Shown here: piece by piece, positions 25,010-38,320 of the stretch | Layout of the letters: each line of letters begins with the position of its first letter | How positions within the stretch are numbered: position 1 is the stretch's first letter | Origin: Rhizophagus irregularis | Taxonomy: Eukaryota | Assembly (NCBI RefSeq): GCF_026210795.1 | Contig: NC_089433.1 | Span: forward strand, 1,054,001 to 1,118,000 | Direction: 5' to 3' | DNA: 64,000 nucleotides | Translations under genes and position numbers: made by a program | The notes under the pieces: model-generated | Database searches by the model: none | The model's input: only the letters and a program-made list of their open reading frames with translations | Told to the model about the DNA's origin: nothing

Positions 25010-25885
25010 TGGCCAAATATAGTGCTGGTCGGAATTACAAAATTTTCCTAATAAGGAAATTACGACTTGCAAAATATATTATACGATTTTATAATTTCAG
25101 CCAAACATTATGATACGCGGCCAGAATTACAATTTATAAGCGAATTAATACAAATAATATGTACGTTAAGAATTTTGTGATAGTGATTATAGCTGATATG
25201 GAGGTGTTTTACAAAAATGGGTGCTTATAAAGAGGTGTGACTCTATATAAGGTGTGATTACATAGAGGTCAGACTGTAATTCTCTTAGCCAAAAGAGTTA
25301 TGCATACTGTTTTTTTATTGTTCATTAAAAAAAGTTTGTATAATAAAGAACACGAAATTTTAAAAAAAAAATTTTTTATTAATAAGAAGTCCGATCATTT
25401 TCTCTTATTAAGTGCCAAACTATCACTTCACATAATAATTTGATTCATAATTTGTTACGGTTTGAGAATTTTGAGCTTAAAACTAGTTGCTTATGAAAAA
25501 AGAGGCTTATAAAATTTTTCTTATTTGGTTATAAATAAATACTAACTATTAAATATTAAATATAGAAAATGCATAAAATAATTTTAATTTATAAAGAATA
25601 TAACTTCTATAATATGTGAATTTTTTTTTTTAAAAAAAAAAAAAAGTAATAAAAATTGAAAAAAATAACATATCAACAATAATAATAATCAAATAACAAA
25701 ATCAAATTAACAAAATTAATAGTAATAAAAAAAAAAATTAATATAAGATATATTAACACTTTTTTTTATCCATCTTATCAAACAATTCATTACTAATTAG
25801 AATAGTTAAAAAAAAAAAGAGTTAGTAAAAAGTGCCTTAAAATAAATTTTGTAAAAAATTTCACAAAATAAGAAAAATTCGATAA

Positions 25886-26281
25886 TTACAGTATACTATT
25901 AATTTCGGGATCATTCTGAATAAAATTGTCTATAGTCCTTTCAAATTCGTTAGATAAATCGTTGGTAGTTGGTGAGTTTATAGAGGTTGATGGAGTATTG
26001 TCACGATACATGACTTGAAGCTTATATAACAGCTCAAAGAGCTGCTTATACTCATAATAATTGGTTTTAAGATTTTCCGTCCCTGCTAACCTTGCCATCT
26101 GGTCCCTCTTAAACATAAAGAAGGAATTTTGAGGAGTAGAACTGTTTGGGATCATGAGCTCTTCAATTGGCAATGCGAATGAGTATTTCAACTTCGAAGC
26201 TAACTCTTTGATTTCCTGGATCAAAGATTCAGGATCCTGAATTGTATCAATAAAAATATATTTTTGTGATTGTTGAGACAT
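25886..26281 (-). CDS. Short, divergent MATA-HMG-box-like protein (131 aa)
   Basis: STPQNSFFMFKRD resembles the RPxNxFxxFRxD first helix of MATA_HMG boxes, and YKQLFELLYKL resembles helix 3. The middle helix appears missing. Confidence 0.5.
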   Translation of the reverse strand: MSQQSQKYIFIDTIQDPESLIQEIKELASKLKYSFALPIEELMIPNSSTPQNSFFMFKRDQMARLAGTENLKTNYYEYKQLFELLYKLQVMYRDNTPSTSINSPTTNDLSNEFERTIDNFIQNDPEINSIL

Positions 26282-27869
26282 TTTTTTGGTTATTCTTTAT
26301 TTGTGAAAGAAATTTAAGAAAAGAGAATCGAGGAAAATTTTGTCCCTTATATACTTAAAATCAGTAGATAAATAAAAAAACATCATTTTTAATATAATTA
26401 CTAAATCTGAAAATAATAACATCTTGAATGAGAAACCGCTTTAATTACATAAATGTGATTATGCTCTGGAAAAGGATTTCCATATAATTTGTTTTTTGTT
26501 TTTTGAATTAATTTGGTATATACGTTGTACTTTTATTAGTGAAATTTTTTCGGAGTTTTATTAACTTTGTAATTCGGGCGAGAAACGTAAATTTTACGAA
26601 ATAAAATAAAATCCGATGAGCTAATCCAAAAATTCTAAATTGTAAATATGTTTCATGATTACCCATAAGGAAAAATTAGGCGACGATCCTTCCGCCCATC
26701 AATCATCCGCTTGAACATGTTCAACATGTCCATTGTCCCAAAAATGACGTGATGACATTTATGGTATATTGTGTATCCAATTAATATTGCGGGCGAAAAA
26801 TGGAAAAAAAGAAAGTTCTGAAACTTTTGACGACGGAAGATATCCAAACATCCGAAACCTAATAACATCCGGAATTAAAAAAAGGAATTGATCAACTGCG
26901 GTATATTCGGAAATTTACGCGGAGTATATTTTGACCAATTAATTATTGTCTAGTCACGAGCTAAGACGCATATAGTAATTCTAATAACGATATAATTTTT
27001 TTTTTTATTGGAAACACGCACTTCCGGCGAATAAATGATTTTGTATTTATCGAACAAACATTTTGAAATAAAATATTTTTTTTAAAAAAAAATATATGAA
27101 ATATATAAATAATTTATAATACTAATAAAGAGAGTTACCGGAAATATATATTATATATAATTATTATGGTAATAAAATGTGAAAGTAAAGGTACTTGGAA
27201 CGTTAGAATTTTTTTAATTATTATGTGAAACTGTCAAGTTAATTTTTTCTTATTTCAGAATAGAAATTATCTTTTTGACCTTTTTTATAAATGTTCTCTC
27301 TCGTTTATATAATTGAGAAACATTATTTACTCCGAATGTAATTAATTCAATATGAAATAGATTGAGCTATTTTAGCTGAAATAGAATGCAAGAATAAATT
27401 ATTAATTTGTTAATTTAATATGAACGAAGAATACATTTTTATTATTATGGAATGAATCAATCAATAATTATACAATTTTTTTAATAAAGATTGCTAGTTG
27501 TACTTTTCATAATTAACGTCAATATATTTACTCATATGTTAACTTTTTTTTTAATATTAGCGCTAGCATTTTCATTTTTAATTAATTATTAACGATATCA
27601 AGCCCAAAATTTGTGTGAATATGCTTTTGATTTAACGTGGAAACCTTTTTTACAGTAGCGGTGTTTTTTTTACACTCTGATGAAATTAAAATTTTATTCA
27701 TTTAGTCATAAGGTAATCAATTTGTTGTCGGGAATTTTAACCCTCTCTCTTCTTATATCATAATTCATGGTGTTATATTAATTAACGTCGCTTCGTGACG
27801 TTAACCAATATAAATACCTACCACCGTACAATATCTATATTATCGTATGGCTAACGCAGATCATGCTCA

Positions 27870-28020
27870 AATACTCAAATAAACTATTCAATATTGTATA
27901 CCAATAAACTATCGATATTCAATATTGTACACAAAAATAAACTATTGATATGTCAATATATAAAAATAAAGTATTAGTCAATATTGTACGCATATAAACT
28001 ATTGATATCAACATTGTACG
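27870..28020. repeat. Degenerate AT-rich tandem repeat (taaactattga/caatattgtac)
   Basis: Four to five imperfect copies. Confidence 0.65.
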
Positions 28021-28255
28021 ATAATGAAAATATCGGTCAAATAATCAGCATGATCTGATAGGGCCGTGCGATAATATTATGATCCTGCCTATTGCGATTG
28101 TTGCATACTGCGCCTTACTACGGACTTTTCAAAGATTCATCTCTTTTTGTTGGAGCAGCTAATGGGAGACAGACGTAGACGCCAGCTAGTACAACTGTTG
28201 CTCGATCAATATATATAAGCAGACAAGTAAAAGTTATATAAACAATCCTCCGTCA

Positions 28256-28397
28256 TTCAAGGCTTCGGGGCGTATACGACCTTTAAGGTCGTCTTGCGTT
28301 CACGGCTTCTAGGCGTATACAACCTTTGAGGTCTTTATGCGTTCAAGGCTTCGGGCGTATACAATCTTTGAGGTCGTCTTGCGTTCAAGGCTTCGAG
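28256..28397. repeat. ~43-bp minisatellite, ~3.3 copies, with internal hairpin
   Basis: The unit ttcaaggcttcg(g)ggcgtatac(g/a)acctttraggtcgtcttgcg starts at 28256, 28299, 28342 and 28384. Confidence 0.85.
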
Positions 28398-28925
28398 CCG
28401 ACCCGGTGGGACAGAAAATCAATAGACGTCTTCATTGAGAATATATCTAATTCTCTCAGAGTCTTTCATGATAGAGCACTCGATCTAACCAACCAACGTT
28501 TTCGGTTCTTTTTAAATTAGTAATAAATTAATTGTCTTTGAGAATTATTCAGTGACTTCAGTTGTACCATAAAATAACATATTAATCTGAACTTTTTCAT
28601 AATTTCTGCAAGACGAATAATTTCGATATATCTGAATCGCTGTATTTACAAAAAAAAAAATACTGGAATGGCGGAGGCGCATTATTACATTTTTCTTATT
28701 TAGAGGAAATATATTATCAAGACGTTGTTATGCACCAAATAATTTTTACAACAAGAGAGAAGAAATTTTTATTAGCGTAATTATACTTTCTGCTCTGCAG
28801 AAGTATTTTTTTTTGAATAATTAAGTATATTTATTAATATTAAATTTAATTTTATAAACAAATGAAGAAAAAAAAAAAACTTGGTATAATACTATAATAC
28901 AATAAAACTTTATAATAATCTAAAG

Positions 28926-30368
28926 TTATCTAATTACTCCTTCATTCTTATATTTTTCTAATATTTTATCATGATTTTCCGTCCATGAATAATAAGCCCA
29001 TTCATCATAATGATGAATGAATTTAATTGGGAACCTATTTTTTGATTTCCAATTTTCAAAAAATTCTTCCAAACCTTTTAACGAAAAATTCCATTTGTCT
29101 ACAAATGAAAATTCTTGTAAAGTTATAGGAGAAACTTTACTCAACACTTTTAATAATTCGTCACCATTAGGTAATATAATGACATTTGTTGTAAGATATA
29201 TTTTTTCCAATTTCTTGCAATTTGAAAAAATCGTACTCATTTCATTTAAATTTTTTTGATCAACATTCATAGTTAATCTTATTAACTTTTGACAACTCGA
29301 TATTACCTTAATTAATTTTTTATTTTTGTATTGATAATCATTAGATTCAAGATAATGGTTTATTTTAATTTCTGAAATATTCATTCCTGATTTTTCAATT
29401 ATTAGACATGTAATATCACTTGGTATATATAAAGTTTCAAGATATTGGAGATTTGGAAAGGAGGACATGTTTAAGTAATGTTCCCATTCACGCCATTTCT
29501 CCACACTTTCATATAATTCACCAAATTCATTATTGAGCGCTAAATATTGTATATTTGTTAATGATGGAATGAATATAGGTGAAATTAATATAATAATGGG
29601 TTCTATTATAAGTTTTTTTAACGTTGTAGCCTTTTTTTTAATTACATTACTTAATAAAGTGTATTTTTCTTCTATATCAACAAATTTTATACATAATGAT
29701 TGTAGATTCTTTTGCATTTTGATAAATGAAACTAACCCTGGAACATCCTCATCACATTCATTTATCTCCAAATTTGTTATGTTTCGACAAATATCTGCAA
29801 GTTTGAATAATGTTTTGGAAGTCACGACTTTAAAATCGAATACAATGGAACGTAAATTTGAAAAAAATGTTTTAGCGTTTGGATAATGATATAATTTCTT
29901 ATAAGTATTCCAATGGAAATACTTGGCATTGTTACATCTACTGAAAATTAGCTTATAAATTTCAAGCTTTAATATTTTTCTTTTGTGTTTAGATTTCTTT
30001 ACTTTATCATTTATTGTTAGTTGAACCATATCCTCAATCCATATTGTAGAGATACGAGTGAAAAAATTCATGTACTTGAAAATTGGACTTTTTTGGAATT
30101 TATTTAAAGGTAATATAATGTTATTTCGTGGTAACGGATCATCTGGATTGTTTGGCAAAAAGTGAGCGATAACATTATATAATTTTTCACGTGATTCTAT
30201 TTCGTGATTAAAAGGATACTCGTAAGCATCTGAAATATACTTCCATAGTAAAGGTATAGCTATATGACACCAAGATGTATTTACTAAAACACATGAATGT
30301 AAAGAAGTAAAATCATCGTGTAATTCAGTAAAAATTGATAAGAGAATATCTCCTACAAGTTGTGCCAT
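28926..30368 (-). CDS. F-box-like / RNI-like LRR protein (~480 aa)
   Basis: The likely true start is MAQLVGDILLSIFTELHDDFTSLHSCVLVNTSWCHIAIPLLW (F-box-like), followed by LRR-like repeats and the family C-terminus LEEFFENWK...KYKNEGVIR. The 64 upstream codons in the ORF track look non-coding. Confidence 0.9.
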   Translation of the reverse strand: MAQLVGDILLSIFTELHDDFTSLHSCVLVNTSWCHIAIPLLWKYISDAYEYPFNHEIESREKLYNVIAHFLPNNPDDPLPRNNIILPLNKFQKSPIFKYMNFFTRISTIWIEDMVQLTINDKVKKSKHKRKILKLEIYKLIFSRCNNAKYFHWNTYKKLYHYPNAKTFFSNLRSIVFDFKVVTSKTLFKLADICRNITNLEINECDEDVPGLVSFIKMQKNLQSLCIKFVDIEEKYTLLSNVIKKKATTLKKLIIEPIIILISPIFIPSLTNIQYLALNNEFGELYESVEKWREWEHYLNMSSFPNLQYLETLYIPSDITCLIIEKSGMNISEIKINHYLESNDYQYKNKKLIKVISSCQKLIRLTMNVDQKNLNEMSTIFSNCKKLEKIYLTTNVIILPNGDELLKVLSKVSPITLQEFSFVDKWNFSLKGLEEFFENWKSKNRFPIKFIHHYDEWAYYSWTENHDKILEKYKNEGVIR

Positions 30369-33300
30369 ATTATGATGAGAGTGATAAATGTAACGATAAA
30401 AAAAATTATAAATTATTAAAAAGCGCTCTTTACGAGAAATGAGAAAATTCGAAAATTTGAAAAGAAGGAAAAAATTAAAAAGACTGGAACGATTATAACA
30501 AGTATAAATTAAAATTTGAAGGTATAAATGATAAAAAATAGTTGAACGACATGAATGCATATTTATATAAAAAATTTGTCAAGTCAAAATCGTAAATTAT
30601 AATTTTTTTGATTAATCATACTATTTACTATATATTACTAAATATGTCTGGTGATTAGGGGCTTACATGCAGAATGATCAATTCTTGAAAAAGAAAGATA
30701 AAAGATTTGTTCGATTGTTCGAATCAATAAATATAATTTAACGAAAATAAAACTTTATTAGATCATTATCACCGATATTTAATGGTCGATGATTGTTCTT
30801 GGTTAACAAATTAGGGAATTTTGTTGTAGCTCAACGACGACATTTGTTTTTTTCTTCCATTAAAGATAAATTATTGAAGTACCAAATATAGTATTTTTTT
30901 TGTATAATATTTATATCGTTAAAAATAATATAAAATTTTGATACCCTAATTAGATATAATTAAGAGACTTACTTGTATTGAAAAATCAATGAAATTTAAT
31001 TTGGAAATAAAATAAAAACAGGTGTTTCAAAATTCAAAAATTAAAAATCAATATTTGTTTAGTTAACTAAGCTTGGCTGACTGGCTCATAATTTTGATTG
31101 ATGGTTTAATTTTCCGTATTAAGGAATTTTATTATTATTTGAACTTTGCTTTTTCGTGTGACATTTGCGTCAATGATACCAAATAATCTTATGAAATTTG
31201 ATACACAAAAACGCCCCTTATTATCATTTGGTGATAGATTTCCATATTTAGTTTAATATGTAATTAATAAGATAATTGGCTTTTTTGCTTATCCGTTTTA
31301 TTTGTTCAAATATGTGAGAACAATTAGGATTTTTCTTCTGTAGAATTTTCATGTTAAAAAAATTATAATAAAAAAATATCAAATTTTATTTGTAAGAAGG
31401 ACATATTATTATTAATTCCCACATTAGGAATGATCTGACAACGGGTTCCTATCGATTAGCGCAGCGTTAATAAATCATTTTTTTTTCGTTTAATAAATTA
31501 GTGTTCGCTCAAAATATTTTTATTGAAATTTATTTATTTTATATTATGTTGTGAAACGTCATGCATAGAATATTTCATTGGTATACGTATTTACCCGGAT
31601 ACGAAAAAATTAATATGGTAATACTCCGTTTGTGCCCGACCCCAGTGTATTAGAGAAACAAAATTAGTAATTTCATTGAATTTCATTGTTTCCAAATTTA
31701 GAATTATATATATACATATATATAATATTCGAATGACGAAACATAAATAGTCTGTAAATTATTTTATTTTAATACTATTATGTGAAACACATTTCATCTG
31801 CTAATAAAAATAGACAAAAGTTTTGACTGCGGCTTGCTTATATATTCATAATATATGAAATTTTATTTATAATATGCTTTTTTTGTTATAAAGTACTAAC
31901 TAATATTACATAACTATTGAAGATAATTTTTTTATAGCAAATTCACAAATTTATTTAATAATAATTTTCTTGTATAACCTTTCTTTTATTTTGTGTTATT
32001 AAATATAATACTTTTTTTTAACGCTAATAAATCTGTGATACAATGACTAAAGAATAAAACAAATAAAATATAATAAAATAATACGAAAAAAATTATCATT
32101 ATGTTTGAAAAATTAAGAATTGGTTAAATCACAAATTAAAAAATTGCTTACATTGTTTATTTTCTAAATTTCACGCAGCCTTATTGTTTCATCTCATGAA
32201 TTTTTAACTTTCAACAAAATTAAAAATTAAATGAGTATGATAAGTACATGCAGATTTATTAACCAATTTTAGATTGTTGGCTAAAAATTCATGGTCATGA
32301 CCCAATTGACCCATGGGAAACGTCTCTTTTGAAGTTTATTTTCGGGTTAGCGTAATTTAGCGTGGGACCTATGCAATATGTTGATCATGGTTTCTAATAC
32401 ACTTGGCATATCAAACACGTTCTTTGTAATTTTTTTAATTTGGTTGTGAAAAAAAAAATACTTAAACGGTTCCCATTTACCTAGTATAGTATATTATTTA
32501 TTATCCAAATATGTTGAGCCTTTCAAATTTATGTATGTAAATTCATTCAGTAAAATCCAATTATCAATGTCTATATTATAACAATAAATTATTGACCTTT
32601 TTCAATGTAAAATTTCTGACGCTGAAACTCTTTGAATATGTAATATCCATGATATGTGTTTCGGTGTTTCGTGTTGTTTAATGACTTTAAATGTTTTAGT
32701 ATTCTAGATAACTTGATGTAAAATTTAACCAATAAAAATAAATAAAAGTCGTATTTATACAGTTTCAAAATTTCATAGTCTTAAAGTACATACCTAGTTA
32801 AGGTCGGATGACTTGGATACTGGATAGGCCGGTAGGGTTAATAGAAACACTCTTTTTATGATTTTGTTTCATGGTATTTTATTTTTTTATAACAATAATC
32901 TCAAGTAATAATTTACATACTAACTCTATTTTATTATTAGGTTATATAATAAGCACAATCATTTCTTTTGTTTGTCTTTTTATTTTATTTCTCGTTACTG
33001 CTGATTTATATGTTCACCATAAGTGATACTAAGGGTCACATTGCGATTGGAGTGGAGCCTTTCAGCTCGTTTGCAAAAATTCTGTCTATAATAGAATACC
33101 GCGCGCATAAGCAAGATGATGTAATTCGATTGACGTTCTTGTTTCGAAGAAATTGATTTCATGATAAAATTCTCTGTATATCAAAATTTTTAATTGGTTT
33201 TTAAAATATGAAAAATATTTTATTTTCCGCTATTTAATAACCTATTTAATACAATTATTTAGAATAATTTCGATTTTTAAATAATGCCAGCCGGCAGTAA

Positions 33301-33919
33301 ACCAGTTTGAATTTAATATTTCTTGTTTTCATATAAATTTAAACGGCTATTTTGGCCATTTTGAATACAGTAACCTTGCGAAGAATTGTTAAAATCATGA
33401 CTTTTGTTACGAACTTACAGTTGACACTCAAGATCAATCATAATGTGAAAAGGACACTCAAAGATCAACATAATGTGAAAGCTTGGATGAAAAATCTCGA
33501 CGAATTAGGTCATTTTATTATCTTCGAATTTTTTATTTCATTTATTTTGTGATTACTTGTTTTACATCTTAAATATAATCATTATTAGGATTTTTTTCTT
33601 AATTGTTCAAAATTTATAAATAAAAATGATTATTATTATTATTATTATTATTATTGTGGTATCACGTCTTCAAATTCTATTTAATTCATTTTCCTTTATA
33701 ATAATTACCATAATTTGTTCGTCCACATTTTAAACAATATCCATCATTCCTTCTTTTTTCAGGTGGTCGCGTGTTTACATTTTCATTTCGTTGTCCTTTT
33801 CGCGTACTTCGTTAATTTTCATTTCGTTACCGATTCATTATTAGATAAATATGGTCCTACAAAATCTAAAATTTTTCCAAGAGTCAGTGAAAAGGCTCGT
33901 AAAAAGAATTGTTGCCCGG

Positions 33920-34436
33920 TTATTGCTGTCCAGAAATATAGTTGTCATCCATGGATAAGCAGATGGGAGGTATTCCACCCCATACACATTCTTATTGTTG
34001 TCCAGAAATGTTGTCCAGAATGTCGTCGTCGTCCATGGATAAGCAGATGGGAGGTATTCCACCCCATACACATTCTTATTGTTGTCCAGAAATGCTGTCC
34101 AGAATGTCGTCGTCATCCATGGATAAGCAGATGGGAGGTATTCCACCCCATACACATTCTTATTGTTGTCCAGAAATGCTGTCCAGAATGTCGCCGTCGT
34201 CCATGGATAAGCAGATGGGAGGTATTCCACCCCATACACATTCTTATAAATGTTGTCTAGTAATGTTGTCCAGAAATTGTTGTCCAGAAATGTTGTCCAG
34301 AAATTGTTGTCCAGAAATTGTTGTCCAGAAATGTTGTCCAGAAATTGTTGTCCAGAAATGTTGTCCAGAAATATAATTGTCGTCCAGATGCTAAAAGCTG
34401 AATAAGCAGATGGGAGGTATTCCACCCCATACACAT
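33920..34436. repeat. Compound minisatellite: 84-bp unit x4, a 12/13-bp subunit array, then a fifth core copy
   Basis: ccatggataagcagatgggaggtattccaccccatacacattctta at ~33949, 34033, 34117 and 34201; (tgttgtccagaaa[t])n at 34264-34371; core again at ~34402. Confidence 0.95.
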
Positions 34437-37308
34437 CTTACCTTTAAAAAGTTTCCTTCTTTATTTTTTTCTTCTTTTTAATTTCGTTAAACTGTTTCAT
34501 TCGAAAATAATTTCTTATATCACTTTTACATAATGACGATATTTTTGTTTAAGATTTATTTTTTCAGTTTTAGTGAATTGAATGTGGAATGATTGTCTTT
34601 AAATATTAAATGAAAGTTAACATATGACTCATACAGTGTTGGAGTGACAATAAAATGAATGACACAAATGATCTAGTGAAATGTCACAATTGTCACATGT
34701 CATAATGTCATTTCGGAGAGCAAATGTTTGTCATTTAGAATTATATCATGTGATCTAAAATGCTAGCCAGAATTTATTTATACAAACTGCGGTTATACAT
34801 CTGATATCATCATATAATATATAATACTATACTATATGGTACTAATATTGTATCATATTTAATAAAAATCTTTATTTAATTACATAACAATTAATTTGCA
34901 TATACAAAATGATTAAAAAAGGTGATATTGGAACAATACCCTACGTATTGGTTATTAGTTATTACACCACTTTCATCATTAAAAAAAAAAAAAATTCTTA
35001 GGTCAAAACTACTTCATTATACTATATAGGGTATTTTACTATTTTATTAAATTTGAAAAAATACAGTACAATCAATCAATATCATTATTAGTAACAATAT
35101 GCATTAAAAATCATGATAATTAGAATCAATCACGTTAAAATTGTTTAGATTGAAAAATTTTTTAAAAATTGTATTATCCAATTAGTTTAGTTGCTTTAAA
35201 TCTGTACAAAAAATTATAAAAAGAAATATTTTGTCATTATTAATCATTCTTATGTATAAAGTTATGTTTATAAAAATTTCAACTGCTTGTAAATATAAAA
35301 TAATTATTATGACAAATCAGTAAATTAATAATCTATTTTAACATCATTTTTCCTAATAACTGAAATATATTATTGGTATTTAATGACAAATATTTTCTCA
35401 AAATTCAAAATTTAATAATGTCAAGGTAGTTACGCTCAAAGATACTGTAAATTATCTTAAATAAATCAACAAGTTGGCTTTAAAATAATTGACTGCGTTA
35501 TTTAGTTCTATTACCTATAGAAAATATTAAAATATATTAAAATACAAAAATTATTCTTATATTATTAAACGAAATAAGAATGAAATATCATAACTTTGCT
35601 TAAGCAGATAAATGGGAGGCGGTTGGGAAATCCAACAAAAATTATTGCCGATCATGACACGTGAGCAAAGTTGAGTATCGCTAAACATCATCGCTCACCT
35701 TACCAGGATTAGGGTAGAATTTTGTGAAATTCCGCTCATTAAGTTTGCTAATGCTGTGCGGTGAATTAGCAATAATGCCCAACAAAGTTAGCTTAATAAT
35801 CAAAACAAGTAAACGTTATATAAATATGACAAGGAGCTTATTAAATAATAAAATTTTATTATAATTAGATTTGATGTTCTGAAAAGAAAATTGTTGTCAT
35901 AAACGATAAGTATTTGATCACATGGTGGCTTGCACTAGCCGCTTATCCATGTGCCACATTGATTAAATAGTTAAATATTATTGATCAAATAGTTTATCTA
36001 TCAATCCTTTTCTTTCTTATCCGTTTCACTCTTTTAATAAACCATAGACCCACTTCTCTCAAATATAATTGGTTTAAAATCAGTCACGCGTACTATTTAC
36101 CTTAGAAAAATTTTTGTATTTTAATAAAAAATGCATATTTATTGTACTTTTATATTTAATTTTTTAATAAACTACATATAAAAACGCGTCTAATATTACA
36201 AAAAAAATAGCAATAAATTTTGCAAAAATTTGTTATTTCAATGAAAATTGATATCGTATTTGTTGAATAATTTATTTAGTCTTTAATGAACATATTATTT
36301 AATTAAAATGCTAAAATTACATTGTAAAATAAAAAAAAAAAATAAAAACGAACCACATTACAAAAATGCCTATAACTTTACAAATATGCAAGCTATTTTA
36401 TTGAAAATTAATATATGAATAGATCCTTGCCTGCTGAAAACTTTACTTGGTCCTCAAGACCTGTTTTATTCGATAAAAGTGATGAAATTACGCTATAAAA
36501 TAAAAAAATTATATGTGGCACAATAATTTTATTACAAAAAAAAAATACTCATATAAATTCTGAAAATAAACTACTACCTTGACGAAATTAATATTTGAGT
36601 AGTCTATACCTTCTAAATAAATAACTTACTTAGCTGTTTTAATTAACCAAAATACTAAAAATTATGCTATAAAGTAAGAAAAAAGCACTTTATTACAAAA
36701 ATACACATAGTACTACAAATATTCAAACTATTTTAATAAAATTTATAACTAATTACTTTCATACTTGTTAAACAACCTTATTTAGTCTTCCAAAGCTAGT
36801 TTAGTTTAACCAAAAAGCTGAGATTACGTTATGAAGTCTACATGAAAAAACGCGTTTGTTATAAAATTATTATGAAAAGTATTAACAACTTTTCTTTTTC
36901 TAAATTAATTATTAAAGAAAATACTGTTTTTATTAATTAAAAATAAATTTTTGAACCATAAAAAATATGGAAAAAATATGGGAAAAGATGCAAGAAAGAG
37001 AGATGTATAGTGGTGACTGGTGACGATAAACAATAAACAAATAAATAAATGTGGCTGATAATTTTGGGCCAATCATATTAGGAGGTCTAGGATCACATGA
37101 TCTGATAATCGAATTTTATACGTTAACTGAAATTAAAATAAAAATCGAAATTTCAATTTCAGTCACAACATAAATTATGTAAGGGCAAATGATTAACGCG
37201 TGACGTAATAACGATCTATAGATCATATGACAAATAGCTGATAAACGTAATATATGTCACTGCCCTAAAATTCTTTTCTGCTTTACCTTTCATCCTAAGA
37301 GTCAGATT

Positions 37309-37783
37309 TGTGCATCGTGAACTCCGCTTCGTCCTTTTACAAGGCCCGGAGTCTCCTCACTTGTCTGCTGTGCATCGTGAACTCCGCTTCGTCCTTTTAC
37401 AAGGCCCGGAGTCTCCCCACTTTGTCTGCTGTGCATCGTGAACTCCGCTTCGTCCTTTTATAAGGCCCGGAGTCTCCCCACTTGTCTGCTGTGCATCGTG
37501 AACTCCGCTTCGTCCTTTTACAAGGCCCGGAGTCTCCCCACTTTGTCTGCTGTGCATCGTGAACTCCGCTTCGTCCTTTTACAAGGCCCGGAGTCTCCCC
37601 ACTTTGTCTGCTGTGCATCGTGAACTCCGCTTCGTCCTTTTATAAGGCCCGGAGTCTCCCCACTTGTCTGCTGTGCATCGTGAACTCCGCTTCGTCCTTT
37701 TACAAGGCCCGGAGTCTCCCCACTTGTCTGCTGTGCATCGTGAACTCCGCTTCGTCCTTTTACAAGGCCCGGAGTCTCCCCAC
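37309..37783. repeat. GC-rich 60/61-bp minisatellite, 8 near-identical copies
   Basis: The unit is tgtgcatcgtgaactccgcttcgtcctttta(c/t)aaggcccggagtctccccact(t)tgtctgc. Confidence 0.97.
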
Positions 37784-38019
37784 ATATGCTCTTTTGAACT
37801 CGCTTTTTGTCAATCTCAATAAAGAAGATAATTTTATTTTATACCTTCGAAAAAATATCACATGCCTGAAAAAATAATTCCTGATACAATTTATGGCCTT
37901 AATAATAGCTAAGTAATGAAGTGAAAACTGGTAGGGTAGCAAAGCGAAATAATATGACGCTATCAAAGAGGGAGGGAGTTCTCGGATCCTAAGCCATAAA
38001 TGAGAGTCCCAGCATCAAG

Positions 38020-38320
38020 TTATTTCGCAATATTACCTTTACTGATACTTCCTCTAACGCTACCGCTACTACTACTATTTTTGCTACTGCTATTATCAGA
38101 AAAACTAACTGATTTCTTATTTCCCTCCTTTTCAACCCATTCGATAATTTTATCCATAGAAGTTCTTCTTGGTGATTTTTGATGACGATAAAAACTAGCT
38201 AATGTGCTAGCACTAAGTCCGATTTCGATCGATAAAATATTGTACAATTGTGTTGGTGAACGAGCTTCTCTTTTCCTCCTGTTATTAAAAGAGCCGTAAA
38301 CTCGACCTAGTATGTTTCAT
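38020..38320 (-). pseudogene. Helix-turn-helix (XRE/Cro-like) coding fragment
   Basis: The frame ILGRVYGSFNNRRKREARSPTQLYNILSIEIGLSASTLASFYRHQKSPRRTSMDKIIEWVE resembles an LAxxxGxSxxTLxxxE HTH. No clean start was found and there is an upstream frame break. Confidence 0.45.

Larger units (their letters stand above)
22950..25276. mobile_element. Possible non-autonomous Tc1/mariner-pogo-type element (TA target, CAGTCTGACCT TIR)
   Basis: ta|cagtctgacct at 22948-22960 and aggtcagactg|ta at 25266-25278. The match beyond 11 bp is weak. Confidence 0.4.

Noticed and set aside
30369..30560. N-terminal 64 codons of the 544-aa ORF
   Set aside because: Low-complexity F/I/Y-rich translation upstream of the family-typical MAQL start; probably 5' UTR.
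33920..34436. CRISPR array
   Set aside because: The linkers are near-identical and built from a sub-repeat rather than unique spacers, there are no cas genes, and the context is eukaryotic.
37309..37877. CRISPR array or short repeat-protein ORFs
   Set aside because: A pure head-to-tail tandem repeat without spacers; the 60/61-bp length variation breaks frames, so the ORFs are by-products.
37292..37993. 8-bp direct repeat atcctaag as a target-site duplication around the minisatellite
   Set aside because: No terminal inverted repeats inside it; could be chance.
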